Assembly (NCBI GenBank): GCA_944358385.1
Contig: CALVQW010000002.1
Coordinates: forward strand, 72,033-136,032
DNA length: 64,000 nt
Direction of reading: 5' to 3'
From: an uncultured Clostridia bacterium
GTDB lineage: Bacteria; Bacillota; Clostridia; Christensenellales; CAG-917
Shown here piece after piece: positions 29,375-39,334 of the stretch. Below the pieces are notes generated by a model. It was not told where the DNA came from and ran no database searches. It saw only the letters and a program-made list of their open reading frames with translations. Every line of letters begins with the position of its first letter. Positions within the stretch are counted from its first letter, which is position 1. The translations under genes were made by a program, and so were the position numbers.

Positions 29375-30379
29375 TCAGTCCTCGCCCTCGATGAGGGAGA
29401 TGCCGGTGAGGCTGTAAGTCACCGTCTGCGCGTTGCCGTCCGCGTCGTTGTAGGGTTCGACAAAACCGACCAGCACGTGAGGGAGAGACCACATCTTGCC
29501 GTTGTCGTAGGTGGAGAGCAGGGTGGTCGTGCCGTCGTCGCTCTTCGCGGCATAGACGGGGTTGACGGTGTAAAGATAGGTCTGCGACGCGCCCGACACG
29601 GTGGTCGCTCTGCCGAGGGTGGCGCGGTAGCATTCCAGCGTAGTGGTGGCGTTGTTCACCTCATTGCCGTCCCCGTCCTTACCCGCGGATGCGAAGGGGA
29701 GATCCCCGACGCTCGCCGTGCCACCCACCGAGAAGGTGAGGGAAGCGGACACCTGTTCCGTCGCGTTCACCACGGGGGTGGTGAAGGAGAAGGAGAGGGA
29801 GGAGGAGAAGGTGGACACGCCGCGCAGGCTCTGTGCAAACTGGTTGTTGTCGTAATAGACCGAGCCAAGCCCGATGCTGCCTTTCTTCTCGCCGTCCGCC
29901 GTTTTGAGGGTGTAGGAGAGGTTGTTGCCGCTGTAAGTGCCGTTCATGCACAGCACTTCGTCGCCGTCCACGGTCTCGCGCCTGAAAGTGGCGACGGGGA
30001 GAAGATAGTTCCTGCCGTCGGTGAGGGCGAAGTAGCATTCCATGAAATAGAGGATGCGTTTGCCGTCCAGGGTGGCGTCGAGTTTGCTGCTGATGAGGTA
30101 GCCCTCGCGCTGCTCGAAGTAAGTGTCGCCCACCCTCACCTTGTCGGGATTGGACACCGAGTTGTAAGCCGCGTAATAGGACACCTCGCACACATACTCG
30201 CCTTCCACGCCTTCCTGCGCGCTGTCGTCCACGCTGTAAGTGTAGCATTCATAGGGACGCCCCTCTTTCCAGGCGTCCACCAGCTGTCCCTGCGTAGTGG
30301 CGTTGTTGCAGGCGGCGAAGGTCACCGCGAGCACCGCTACCACGACGATGAGTGTGATGAAAGAAACTGTCTTTTTCAT
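29375..30379 (-). CDS. Hypothetical lipoprotein
   Basis: 334 aa. Signal peptide plus lipobox MKKTVSFITLIVVVAVLAVTFAAC. The mature part is Asn/Thr/Ser/Tyr-rich and beta-like, with no family recognised. An intrinsic terminator follows. The overlapping + strand frame (part of ORF 29174..33892) has Gly/Glu-rich shadow-ORF composition. Confidence 0.75.
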   Translation of the reverse strand: MKKTVSFITLIVVVAVLAVTFAACNNATTQGQLVDAWKEGRPYECYTYSVDDSAQEGVEGEYVCEVSYYAAYNSVSNPDKVRVGDTYFEQREGYLISSKLDATLDGKRILYFMECYFALTDGRNYLLPVATFRRETVDGDEVLCMNGTYSGNNLSYTLKTADGEKKGSIGLGSVYYDNNQFAQSLRGVSTFSSSLSFSFTTPVVNATEQVSASLTFSVGGTASVGDLPFASAGKDGDGNEVNNATTTLECYRATLGRATTVSGASQTYLYTVNPVYAAKSDDGTTTLLSTYDNGKMWSLPHVLVGFVEPYNDADGNAQTVTYSLTGISLIEGED

Positions 30380-30623
30380 AGCACAATGATTATAACCGAA
30401 ATGCGCGCGCTAAGCAACGGATTTTCCCAAACAGCGAAAATTAGGGGGAAGATCCCGCCCTTTCCGCCTCTTTCCCGCCGTGTTTTCGTGGATACGCCGC
30501 GTTTGCGGCGGAGCGGGGACGGCACGCGCTCCGCTCGTCGGGTTACGCTTTTATCATTTGCGGGCGGAGCGAGTCCGCGCCCTTGCCGTGATGAGTTGCT
30601 TTGCCTGCGGGAAAGATATGTCC

Positions 30624-30652
30624 TTGAAAAGGTGCATTGCGCGTGTTATACT
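30624..30652 (+). promoter_or_regulatory. Promoter of addBA; predicted leaderless transcript
   Basis: TTGAAA (30624-30629), 17 nt spacer, TGtTATACT (30644-30652). The ATG at 30659 follows after only 6 nt, and there is no Shine-Dalgarno sequence. Confidence 0.6.
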
Positions 30653-30658
30653 GCATCT

Positions 30659-33600
30659 ATGAAAATAATCTATTCCAATACGGCGCACGATGCTTACCAC
30701 CGCGTGCTTGCCGAACTCAGGAGCAGGCTCGGAGAGGGCGGAGAACACGTCGTCATAGTCCCCGACAAGTTCACCGCGTCCTCGGAGAGGGGGATCATCG
30801 CCACTCTCGGAGAGGAGGCTCTTTTCAATGTCAGAGTGACTTCCTTCACCCGCCTTGCGGAAAAGACGGTGGGCAGACGCATCAAAAAGTGTCTCACGCC
30901 GCAAGGCTCCGTCATGCTGCTCGCAAAGGTGATAGAGGAGAACCGCGGCAGACTGACCTACTATGCCAAAGCCGCTCGCTCGGCGGGATTTGCGGAGGAG
31001 TTTTATGCCGCGCTCACTTCCGTGCGCAACAGCGGTCTCACCCCGGAAAGTCTGCGCACCGCCGCCCTCCGCGCCCCCTCCAACATCAAGGGGAAACTGA
31101 CGGACATGGCGTTGATCTATGAGTGCTACATAGCCGCTCTCGGAGACAGACACAGCGATTCCACCACCCGTCTGGAAGCATTCGCCGCGCTGCTCGCCGA
31201 GGGCGAACCCGTCCCCGCGCATTTCTATGTGGTGGATTTTTACGATTTCAAGTCTCCGGAACTCGACATTTTGTGCGGGCTTGCCAAGTCCGCGCTCTCT
31301 CTCACCGTCGGTATGGTGGGCGGCAAGGGCAATCCCAACGAGAGGATATATTGCGACGGCGCGGCACAGAGGTTGCTCACCGCTTGCGGAGGAGGGGAGG
31401 AGAGACATTACCGCGAGACGCTGCATCCCGCGCTGGACGCCATCTCCCGCACCCTGTTCTCCTACGAGCTGCCCGAGGAGCGGGTGGAGAACGGGGGCAA
31501 AGTGCGGCTGATCTCCGCCAAGTCGCGCACAGAGGAAATAGAGTTCCTCGCCCGCGAGATCGTCACCAAAGTCGCGGACGGCGCGCGTTACCGCGATTTC
31601 GAGGTGGTGCTGTCCGACGTCGAGGGCTACAAGGCGGAGGTGAAGAGCGTCTTTTTGCGCTACGGCATCCCATTCTTCATCGACACCCGCGAGCTGCTCT
31701 CGGAGCAGACCAAGACCAGGTGTATGCTCGCCGCGCTCGCCGCGGCAAGGAGCGGGCTGCGCAGGCAGGAAGTGACGGAGTTCATCAAGAATCCGCTGTT
31801 CGCGGGCGGCTTTGCGGAGAGCGAGGACGAGGTGTTCCGCTTTGAGAACTACTGCCTGCGTTACAACATCTCCTACGGCAGATTTCTTGAGCCTTTCACA
31901 CTCGGCGACGAGGAGGAGAGGACGCGCGCCGAGAAGGTGCGCAAAGGGCTGCAAAGCGCGCTCTCGCCCTTCCTTTTCAAGGGGGAGACGGGGACGGAGG
32001 ACTTCGTCTCCCGCACGGAAAAATTCCTCGCGTCATTGGAGACCGCGTGGCAGGCGCATGTGGCGAAACTCACCGAAACCAGCCTTTATTACGCAAAATG
32101 TGCCGATCAAGTGGACGAAAAGATAAGATCGCTGCTTGACGAGATGAGCGAGACGCTTGTGGGGAAGGGGGATGTCGCCTACTTCGAACGCATGCTGAAA
32201 GCGACGGTGGGCACGGTGAAGATCGCCCTCGTCCCCACCTGGCTGGACGCGGTGTATGTCGGCGGCACGGACAACCGCTATCTCGGCGGCGGGGACATCT
32301 ACATCCTCGGCGCGAACGTGGGCAAGCTCCCCAAGGGCGCGGACGGCGGCACCGTCATTTCCGCCCGCGACGAGGAGGTGCTTGCGGGGCTGGACATCCC
32401 CGTCTCTCCCACCGTCATACAGCGCGGCTACTCCGAGATGATGTCCGTCACCGAGATAATGAAGCGTCCCAAGGGCACTCTCACGGTGTGTTATCCCCTC
32501 GGCGATCCTTCGGGCGAACTCAGGCAGTCCGTGGTGGTCTCCGAGTTGAAGGGGATACTCTCCGAGGGTGGCGAACCTCTCGCGGTGCAAAGTGCGTCGG
32601 ACATCCTTTACTCGCAGCTTGGGGGAGAGGGACGCGCCCGCGCGCTTTCCGCGCTGTTCGCCACTCCGAAGGCGTGCATGCACGAGGTGTTGAAGCACCT
32701 CACCTCCCCCCTTCCCGACGGGCTATCGGAGGCGGCGGCAAAGTGTGTGGGAGACCGTGATGCCGTGAGGTTGAAGAGACTGCGCGAGCGCAGGAAACCC
32801 GTCGCAAAGCTCGACTCCGACGCGGCGCGCGCCGCGGAGAAGGCGTCGGGCGGGCGCATCAGTCCCAGCCGCTTGGAGAGCTATTTCTCATGCGGCTATA
32901 TGCAATATTTCTCCTACATCCTCCGTCTCAGACGCCGAGAGGAAGCCGCGCCGCGCAGCACGGATTACGGCACCATCCTGCACGGCGTCCTGGAAAAGTT
33001 CTTCCGCGTCTATATGGAGAGGGGAGTGGACGAGAAGGAAGTGCGTCCTCTTGCCGAAAAGTTCTTTGAGGAGTGCATAGCCGAAAACGTCGCAGTCTCC
33101 GCGTCCGCGGACGAGCCTCAGACCGCAAGGGTGCTGGTGAGGCTGAAAGAGGAGGCGGTCAAGGTGTGTTCCGCTCTGCGCGTGGAGGCGGAACGCTCCT
33201 CCTACAAGCCCGTATATGTCGAGCAGTACATCGGCGGAGAGGAGATCCCCGCGCTCAAAGTGGACATCGGTGACGGAGAGGTGGAGCTGAGGGGCAGGAT
33301 AGACCGCGTGGACGCCTTGGACGACAAGTTCTTCGTGGTGGACTACAAGACATACAAGGGCGCGAAATTCAAGCTTGCCGAGATCTATTCCGGCATGAAG
33401 ATCCAGCTCTATCTCTATCTCGCCGCCATACGCGAGGCGAAGGGTTGGCGTCCCGTGGGCGCGTTTTATCTGCCCGTGTCCTTCGATTTTTCTTCGGAGG
33501 ATTGGAGCTTGCGCTACCGCGGCAACATGACGGACGACCTTGCGGAGGCAAAGCTGATCGCACCCGATTTCGGCGAGCCGACCGCCCACTTCGCCGCCCC

Positions 33601-33892
33601 GGACGCAAGGGGAGCCATGAAGGAGCCGAACTTCTTTTCGGATGATGCGTTCCGTGCCGTTACGGCGTATGTCAAGCGACTTGCCGAGGAGGGCGCGAAA
33701 GGGATCGCGGAAGGGCGCGTCGATGCTCTCCCCCTCAAAGACGTGTGCGACAGATGCGACTATCGGGACATCTGTGTATGGAAGGGGAGCCGCTGTCTTT
33801 CGGCGAGCGGCAGGATCATGGTGAAGGACTTTGCAAGCGGCGGTGCGCCGCGCAGCAAACTGAACTATGCTGCGGATGAGGAGGATGTGTGA
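30659..33892 (+). CDS. addB: ATP-dependent helicase/deoxyribonuclease subunit B (AddB/RexB)
   Basis: 1077 aa from ATG 30659. C-terminal RecB-type nuclease with an iron-sulfur cluster cysteine set (YFSCGYMQYF ... CDRCDYRDIC). GRIDRVD and DYKT nuclease motifs. Immediately upstream of, and overlapping, addA. Confidence 0.9.
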   Translation: MKIIYSNTAHDAYHRVLAELRSRLGEGGEHVVIVPDKFTASSERGIIATLGEEALFNVRVTSFTRLAEKTVGRRIKKCLTPQGSVMLLAKVIEENRGRLTYYAKAARSAGFAEEFYAALTSVRNSGLTPESLRTAALRAPSNIKGKLTDMALIYECYIAALGDRHSDSTTRLEAFAALLAEGEPVPAHFYVVDFYDFKSPELDILCGLAKSALSLTVGMVGGKGNPNERIYCDGAAQRLLTACGGGEERHYRETLHPALDAISRTLFSYELPEERVENGGKVRLISAKSRTEEIEFLAREIVTKVADGARYRDFEVVLSDVEGYKAEVKSVFLRYGIPFFIDTRELLSEQTKTRCMLAALAAARSGLRRQEVTEFIKNPLFAGGFAESEDEVFRFENYCLRYNISYGRFLEPFTLGDEEERTRAEKVRKGLQSALSPFLFKGETGTEDFVSRTEKFLASLETAWQAHVAKLTETSLYYAKCADQVDEKIRSLLDEMSETLVGKGDVAYFERMLKATVGTVKIALVPTWLDAVYVGGTDNRYLGGGDIYILGANVGKLPKGADGGTVISARDEEVLAGLDIPVSPTVIQRGYSEMMSVTEIMKRPKGTLTVCYPLGDPSGELRQSVVVSELKGILSEGGEPLAVQSASDILYSQLGGEGRARALSALFATPKACMHEVLKHLTSPLPDGLSEAAAKCVGDRDAVRLKRLRERRKPVAKLDSDAARAAEKASGGRISPSRLESYFSCGYMQYFSYILRLRRREEAAPRSTDYGTILHGVLEKFFRVYMERGVDEKEVRPLAEKFFEECIAENVAVSASADEPQTARVLVRLKEEAVKVCSALRVEAERSSYKPVYVEQYIGGEEIPALKVDIGDGEVELRGRIDRVDALDDKFFVVDYKTYKGAKFKLAEIYSGMKIQLYLYLAAIREAKGWRPVGAFYLPVSFDFSSEDWSLRYRGNMTDDLAEAKLIAPDFGEPTAHFAAPDARGAMKEPNFFSDDAFRAVTAYVKRLAEEGAKGIAEGRVDALPLKDVCDRCDYRDICVWKGSRCLSASGRIMVKDFASGGAPRSKLNYAADEEDV

Positions 33893-36800
33893 TGAAAAAT
33901 GACGGAAAAACCGTCGATAGTGCGGAGAAGTCCCTTTCGGGCAGAAATAAAACCCTGTTCACGACGGAGCAGCAAACGGCGATAGACGCCGACGGGAAGG
34001 TGTTGGTGTCCGCCTCCGCGGGCAGCGGTAAGACCACCACCATGGTGGAGAAGATATTGAGGTGCGTCGAGGAGGGCGTGTCGCTTGCGGATATGCTCAT
34101 CCTCGTCTACAACGAGGCGGCGGCGGGAGAGCTGAGAGATAAGCTGCAATCCGAGCTTTTCGACGCGGCTTGCAGGGCGTCCTTCAAGGAGAGAGGGAAG
34201 TTCCGCAGTTGTCTGGACGCTCTTTCCACGGCGCACATCGGCACGATCCACTCCTTCTGTTACTCGCTCATCAAGGCGAATTTCGAGAAGCTCGGCGTGT
34301 CGCCCGCCTGCGACGTGCTTTCGGCGGGAGAGGCGAAACGCTATGACGATCTTGCCATGGACGAGGTGTTCGCGCGCTATTACGCAGGGGGGGACGAAGT
34401 GTTCATGCGTCTTGCGGACGTGCTGACGCGTTCCCGCCGCGAGGACGAACTGCGCAAAGTGGTGGAGAAGGTGTACGCCGTCATCGCCATACAGCCGGAC
34501 AGACAGGCATTCGCCCGGAAACTATGCGACGGGTTCGACGGGGCGTTGGACAGCGAGTATGCCGAGGCGGCTCTCGCCTTCATGCGCAGGGACGTATCGC
34601 GCGTGCGTGAGGGGCTGGAACTTTCCGCGCCCGTATACGCCGCGGGAGGCTATCCGCTCTATGCCGAGAAGATGAGGCTGCTCGCCGAGCTGTGCGCGGA
34701 GGCGGAGGGTGCGGATGTCGCCGCCATGGGACGGCTGGCGGAAAGGTGCGCGGACATCGCGGGTATGACGGTGGAATCGCGCGTGTACGCCACCGCGGTG
34801 GATCCCGACGACAAGTCTTACGCGAACTCCGCCATGGAAACGGTGACGGAGTTGTTTGCGGAATGGCGGGAGAGGTTCGGAGACGTTGCCGAGACGCTGT
34901 TGAGGCATGAGCAGAACGCGCTGTTCGCCCGCAAGCTCGTGGAGATCGCGTTGAGGACGGACGAGGAAGTCTCGGCGATGAAACGCGCCGACGAGGTGAT
35001 GAGCTACGAGGACTTGGAGTACTACGCCGCCGAGCTTGTCAAGGACGGCAGCTTCAAAGGCAGCTTCAAAAAGGTGTTCGTGGACGAGTATCAGGACGTC
35101 AACCCCGTGCAGGACTTCATCATACGCGGGGTGTCCGGGGACAATGTGTTCATGGTGGGGGACGTGAAGCAGAGCATCTACGGCTTCCGCCTCTCCGATC
35201 CCGAGATATTCCTAGGGCGCAAACGCCTTTATGAGGAGAGCGGCGAGGGGAAGGCGTTGGAGTTCAACGCAAATTTCCGCAGCGTGAACGCCGTTCTCGA
35301 TTTCGTCAACAGGATCTTTGACGAGGTGATGACGGAGGAGTCCTCCGGAGTGGACTATGCAAAGGAAGGGCATTTCGTGCTCGGCGAGGGCAAGAAGGAC
35401 GCGGCGGGAGAGCCGCTCTCCGGCGACGCGCAGGTGCACATCTTCCCCTATGCGGGCAACACTCCCGCGCCCGGCGTGTATGCCGCGGCATCGTTCATCG
35501 CGGAGAAGATCGGGGAATTGCGCGCCTCCGCCCGCAAGGACGACGGCAGCCCGATCACGTTCGGGGACTGCACCGTACTCATACGCGGACGGTCGGGACA
35601 GGCAAAAAAGCTGGCGGCTTATCTTGCCGACAACGGCATACCCGTGGATACGAGCGTGTTTTCGGAGCAGTCCTCGCGCGCGGAAAACGAACTCCTCACA
35701 TTCCTCGCCGTGCTGGACAATCCCCGTCAGGACATTCCTCTTGCGGGGTTCATGCTCTCCTGTTTCGGCGGCTTTGACGAGTCCGAGACGGCGCGCATCG
35801 CCGCCATGCGCGGCGAGAACGACGACCTCTACGACGCGGTGCTTGCAGCGGCAAAGCAGGACACCCCCCTCGGCAGAAAGGTCGCCGACATGCTGGATAT
35901 GCTGGCGGTGTACAGGCTGAAAGCCAGCTTCAAGAGCGTCCCGGAACTCTTGCAGAGCATAGTCTCCGACTTCGATTACGACGCCCTCATCGAGGGGTTG
36001 GGCGAGGGGAGCGCGGACAAGGTGATCTCCTTCGTCACTTCCCGCGTGAGCAAGGATTCGTATGCGGGGATAGGCAGGTTCCTCGCCGCCTACGAGACGC
36101 AGACGGACGAGGGCAAACGCGCCCGTCCGCAGGGCGGCGACAAGGTGCGTTTCGCCACCTTCCATTCCTACAAGGGCTTGGAATCCCCCGTGGTGTTCGT
36201 GTTCACGACGGGACGCTCCTCCTCGGACGGCTACGATGGGGACGTCATCGTGGAGAACAAGGGCTACATGGGGTTGAAATACTTTGACTTCGCGGGCAGG
36301 AAGAAGGGGGATTCCCTCTCGATGTACGCCGTGGAGCGCATCCGCGACGACAGGGAGAGGATGGAGGAGATGCGCCTTTATTACGTCGCTCTCACGCGCG
36401 CGAAACAATATTTATATATTACGTGCGCGCTCTCGCGCACGCCTGCGACGCGTTTCGGGCGTTACCCGCTGCTCAAAGAGCCTGAGATGCTCCCCGAATA
36501 CCTTTCCGAGGTGTGCCGCAAGGGCAGGATCACGAGGATCACCCACGAGACCGCGGAGGACGTCCCCGACATCCCGCAATTTGCGGAGTTGCCCCCCTTC
36601 GGCGTGTGCAGTCCGTCGGACGAGGAGGCGGTGGCAAGAGCGGTGTCCTTCGAGTATCCGCACCGCGCGGCGAGGGAACTTGCCATGAAGTACAGCGTGT
36701 CCGCGCTCGACGGCGGCGACGAGGAGCTGACTCCGGGAGCGTTTGCCGACCGCGTGGACGAGGGCATCGTCTATCACAGGGTGATGGAACACATCGACTA

Positions 36801-37236
36801 CGCCGCAAAGGGCGAGGAAGGAGTGCGGGCGGAACTCGCCGATATGGTCAAAGCGGGGTTCTTGACGGACGAGGAGCGCGCACAGGTGGACGTGGACGCG
36901 ATAGTCCGCTGTCTGGACAGCCCCGTCATGCGGCTTGCCAGGGAGAGCAAGTGCTACCGCGAGCGTTCCTTCCTGATGTACGTGCCCGCAAAAGAGGTGG
37001 GACAGGGAGAGAGCAAGGACAAGGTGCTGGTGCAGGGCGTGATAGACTTGCTCATAGACGGCAAGGAGCGCGTCATAGTGGACTTCAAAAACTCCGCACT
37101 GCGCAGCGCGGAAGCCATGGAAAAATACAAAAAGCAGCTTTATTTATACAAAAAAGCGGTAGAAAGTTCGTTTTTTGGCAAAGTGGACAGGATCGTCCTC
37201 TATTCTTTCAAGACGGGCAGGACGATAGACCTTTGA
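33892..37236 (+). CDS. addA: ATP-dependent helicase/nuclease subunit A (AddA, UvrD/Rep-type helicase + RecB nuclease)
   Basis: Walker A SASAGSGKTTTMVEKI, DEYQDVNP (motif II), helicase motif VGDVKQSIYGFR, and the C-terminal nuclease GVIDLL...DFK. ATG 33892 (GGAGGA RBS); an in-frame GTG lies at 33889. Confidence 0.95.
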   Translation: MKNDGKTVDSAEKSLSGRNKTLFTTEQQTAIDADGKVLVSASAGSGKTTTMVEKILRCVEEGVSLADMLILVYNEAAAGELRDKLQSELFDAACRASFKERGKFRSCLDALSTAHIGTIHSFCYSLIKANFEKLGVSPACDVLSAGEAKRYDDLAMDEVFARYYAGGDEVFMRLADVLTRSRREDELRKVVEKVYAVIAIQPDRQAFARKLCDGFDGALDSEYAEAALAFMRRDVSRVREGLELSAPVYAAGGYPLYAEKMRLLAELCAEAEGADVAAMGRLAERCADIAGMTVESRVYATAVDPDDKSYANSAMETVTELFAEWRERFGDVAETLLRHEQNALFARKLVEIALRTDEEVSAMKRADEVMSYEDLEYYAAELVKDGSFKGSFKKVFVDEYQDVNPVQDFIIRGVSGDNVFMVGDVKQSIYGFRLSDPEIFLGRKRLYEESGEGKALEFNANFRSVNAVLDFVNRIFDEVMTEESSGVDYAKEGHFVLGEGKKDAAGEPLSGDAQVHIFPYAGNTPAPGVYAAASFIAEKIGELRASARKDDGSPITFGDCTVLIRGRSGQAKKLAAYLADNGIPVDTSVFSEQSSRAENELLTFLAVLDNPRQDIPLAGFMLSCFGGFDESETARIAAMRGENDDLYDAVLAAAKQDTPLGRKVADMLDMLAVYRLKASFKSVPELLQSIVSDFDYDALIEGLGEGSADKVISFVTSRVSKDSYAGIGRFLAAYETQTDEGKRARPQGGDKVRFATFHSYKGLESPVVFVFTTGRSSSDGYDGDVIVENKGYMGLKYFDFAGRKKGDSLSMYAVERIRDDRERMEEMRLYYVALTRAKQYLYITCALSRTPATRFGRYPLLKEPEMLPEYLSEVCRKGRITRITHETAEDVPDIPQFAELPPFGVCSPSDEEAVARAVSFEYPHRAARELAMKYSVSALDGGDEELTPGAFADRVDEGIVYHRVMEHIDYAAKGEEGVRAELADMVKAGFLTDEERAQVDVDAIVRCLDSPVMRLARESKCYRERSFLMYVPAKEVGQGESKDKVLVQGVIDLLIDGKERVIVDFKNSALRSAEAMEKYKKQLYLYKKAVESSFFGKVDRIVLYSFKTGRTIDL

Positions 37237-37472
37237 TTTGATTGTTGTAAGACGAGTCGCGCACGCCTTCGCGGCGCGCGCGTCCGCGACATCCCCGCGC
37301 TCCCTTTGCCTTAGCCGTCTGCGTGAGGAAGGGGAGCGGTTTAACGCTCGTTAAAATGAAATTTTCTCAATATTCCAAGGTTAATATTGCAAAAAGCCTT
37401 GCTTTTTATCGCGCGTGTGATATAATTACCATAACATTTGTAGTGCTATATACGGAGGCATCGGAAAGTAAG

Positions 37473-39098
37473 ATGGACTTCTTCAACACAATATTCGACG
37501 GTCTGGTCGGGCTGTCGGAAAAGCTCCCTGCGTTAGACATCGGTGTGTTTTACATAGTCGTGATAGCCGCTCTGGGAGTCGTTGCGATCGTCATCGGGCT
37601 TACTTTCTGTGCAACATCCGCCTTCAAGGTGAAAAGAGCCGCGGGCAAAGTGCTGTCTTATCTTGAGAATGAGGACTCCGTCACGGACGACAACGTTGCG
37701 GATTTCACTGCGACTTGCTTCGGGGCTAAAGCCCCCGCCGCCATGCGCGAAGCGTGGGTGAGCTATCTCGGCGTGCGCTTCGGCTATCCCGGTGAGGTGC
37801 TTTCCGAGGCGGTGTTCGACAAGGAAGTCAAGCGTCCGGATTCCGTCCGCGCCAACGTGTACATCGCCGTGGCACTCATACTCACCGCGTTGTTCTCCTT
37901 CTGGGGGCTTGGCTCGATGAAGACCTCGGAAGTGGGCGTCGTCCTCTGTCTCGGTCTGCTGGTCGCAGCGGTGGGCTATCTCGTCCTTTGGCTGGTCGCG
38001 CGCAGGGAATACGCAGCCGCGCGCAAGAAATTCCTCGCCATGCAGGACGAGCTTGACGCCAAGGTCAATCTGCAGGTGGAGCGGGATTACGCCACCGACG
38101 CGTCCCCTCTCCTCGAAGTGGCTGCCGTCATGGACGGCATAGTGGCGCGCAACACGGCAAAGCCCGCGCCCACCGAGGAGGAAGTCGCCGCATTGGTCGC
38201 CGCAAGAGCGGCAGCCGCGGCACATGCGTCCGCAGACGAGGCTGCTGCCGCCGCCGCACCCGCGGAAGCGGCGGAGAATGACATAGTCGAGACCGCTCCC
38301 GCAGCGGATGACGTTGAGGACAAGACTCCGTTGGAGCTTGCTGCGGAAGAAGCCGTCCCCGTCTCCGAGGAGGAGACCGTGTCGGAGGAGAGCGCAGATG
38401 ATGCGAGGGAGAGTGTCTCCGCACCCGCCGAGGAGGAAGGAAAGGGCCGCGACACCGTCGCGGAAGAAATAGAAGAAATAAACGATGAGGATGAGGAAAG
38501 TATGTTTGGAAGAAAGAAAAAGAAACTCCAAAACGCAGAGCTGACGGCGCGCGGCTACGGCGACCTCGACGTCGAAGTGGAGGGCGAACTCCTGCCCGAC
38601 GACGACGGTGCGGGTGCCATCGAAGCGACGCTCGTCGCCGCCCCCGCCCCCGAAGAGCCGTATGCGGCTCCCGTGTATGCGACGGGCATGGCGCGCGGTT
38701 CGGAGCCGGAGTCGCTGGAAGGGCTTAACATCGCAAGACGCCCTGCGGCGGATGCTTCCGTGACGGTCTCGCTTGAGCCTGAGGTCATCTATGTCGAAGA
38801 GGACCTCGACGAAGGCGACGAGGACGTCAAGCCTCCCAGACTCGCCAAGCTCCCGCACCTCGTGGACTATGTCTTGACGATGAACCTCTCCCGCAGCATG
38901 AAGATCCGCGTTGCGATGCTCATGTTGCAGGCGTACAACGTCTTTAAGAACAGCCCCGAGAACAAAGCCATCGTCATCCAGTGCCTGACCAAGATCATGA
39001 AAGTGCTCATGGCGGATCACGCGGCAGCACAGGCGGCAAAGGCGAAAGCGGAGCAGGAAGCGGCGGCAGCCGCGGCAGCGGACAGCGCAGCCGAATAA
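37473..39098 (+). CDS. Hypothetical membrane protein with long acidic Ala/Glu-rich low-complexity region
   Basis: 541 aa from ATG 37473. About 4 N-terminal TM helices. Central region is rich in A/E/D (AAAAHASADEAAAAAAPAEAAEND...). A more ordered C-terminal segment follows (PPRLAKLPHLVDYVLTMNLSRSMKIRVAMLMLQAYNVF...). An intrinsic terminator follows the gene. The start is uncertain. Confidence 0.6.
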   Translation: MDFFNTIFDGLVGLSEKLPALDIGVFYIVVIAALGVVAIVIGLTFCATSAFKVKRAAGKVLSYLENEDSVTDDNVADFTATCFGAKAPAAMREAWVSYLGVRFGYPGEVLSEAVFDKEVKRPDSVRANVYIAVALILTALFSFWGLGSMKTSEVGVVLCLGLLVAAVGYLVLWLVARREYAAARKKFLAMQDELDAKVNLQVERDYATDASPLLEVAAVMDGIVARNTAKPAPTEEEVAALVAARAAAAAHASADEAAAAAAPAEAAENDIVETAPAADDVEDKTPLELAAEEAVPVSEEETVSEESADDARESVSAPAEEEGKGRDTVAEEIEEINDEDEESMFGRKKKKLQNAELTARGYGDLDVEVEGELLPDDDGAGAIEATLVAAPAPEEPYAAPVYATGMARGSEPESLEGLNIARRPAADASVTVSLEPEVIYVEEDLDEGDEDVKPPRLAKLPHLVDYVLTMNLSRSMKIRVAMLMLQAYNVFKNSPENKAIVIQCLTKIMKVLMADHAAAQAAKAKAEQEAAAAAAADSAAE

Positions 39099-39195
39099 GG
39101 CGTTTTTCCCCGACGTTCCGCTCGTGTGTGCGCACGGGCGGACGTTGTCATACTCTCGCATCACGGTGCGGCTCTCACCGCATACCGTTGTTTTT

Positions 39196-39217
39196 GCCGC
39201 CGCAAGGCGGCTCTTTT
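39196..39217 (+). terminator. Intrinsic terminator after gene 37473..39098
   Basis: GCCGCC-GCAA-GGCGGC followed by TCTTTT. Confidence 0.6.
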
Positions 39218-39334
39218 GTTGCCTTTTCGCACATCCATCCCGCCTTTTTTCGTCATCTAATGTGGTAAAATGTCTCCGACAATGCTTGCTCGGCGACATG
39301 GCGTCCGCCAGGGAATTATGTGCGTGGTAATACA

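Noticed and set aside
29174-30658. The 495-codon N-terminal extension of the 1572-aa ORF that ends as addB.
   Set aside because: The extension has Gly/Glu/Arg/Val-rich shadow-ORF composition. It runs antisense through a well-supported lipoprotein gene (29375..30379) and across the addB promoter. AddB homology begins only at ATG 30659.
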